A stretch of 64,000 nt of DNA from contig JAHDYR010000041.1 of assembly GCA_019828565.1 (NCBI GenBank), forward strand, positions 111,665 to 175,664, in the 5' to 3' direction. This stretch comes from Carpediemonas membranifera BICM (taxonomy: Eukaryota; Protista; Fornicata). Below the pieces are notes generated by a model, which worked only from the letters and a program-made list of their open reading frames with translations, made no database searches and was not told the origin of the DNA. Below are positions 63,940 to 64,000 of this stretch, piece by piece. Positions within the stretch are counted from its first letter, which is position 1, and the number at the start of each line of letters is the position of its first letter. The translations under genes were made by a program, and so were the position numbers.

Positions 63940-64000
63940 AATCAGGCAGAAGTTGATGATTATCCGCCATTACAACCTTTCGTTCTTCACGCTGGTCAAA

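Overview
Eukaryotic, gene-dense DNA with short GT-AG introns of about 32-35 nt. The style suggests a protist, possibly a Carpediemonas-like metamonad, but that is an unverified inference. Nearly the whole window resolves into a nest of three related families of giant, gene-carrying cut-and-paste DNA transposons with 5'-CATACTGT termini. Element A (10522-34961, 24.4 kb) has ~69-bp TIRs and a GG target-site duplication (TSD). Element C (44061-63939, 19.9 kb) has 75-bp TIRs and an AA TSD. A and C each sit inside one of two inverted copies of element B (B1: from <1 or at least ~6490 to 10521, plus 34962-35503; B2: 39546-44060 plus 63940->64000). Each B copy supplies the empty site for the insertion in the other, which fixes both TSDs at 2 bp. 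The two B ends flank one circularly permuted 3976-bp unit of a CRE-like non-LTR retrotransposon. Each family encodes a divergent ~850-910 aa protein with conserved WxD[GA]W / [AG]D[NH]xA / PP[LI]MH / RT[VT]GCNEQ / EExFER motifs, read here as a Transib/RAG1/CMC-type DDE transposase. They also carry a recurring cargo of SET-domain, PHD-like, chromo-like, OTU-like, HEPN-like, RCC1-like, degenerate tyrosine-recombinase-like, kinase and caspase/CHAT-like genes. Domain calls come from motif recognition by eye. Many frameshifts lie in homopolymers and may be sequencing errors.
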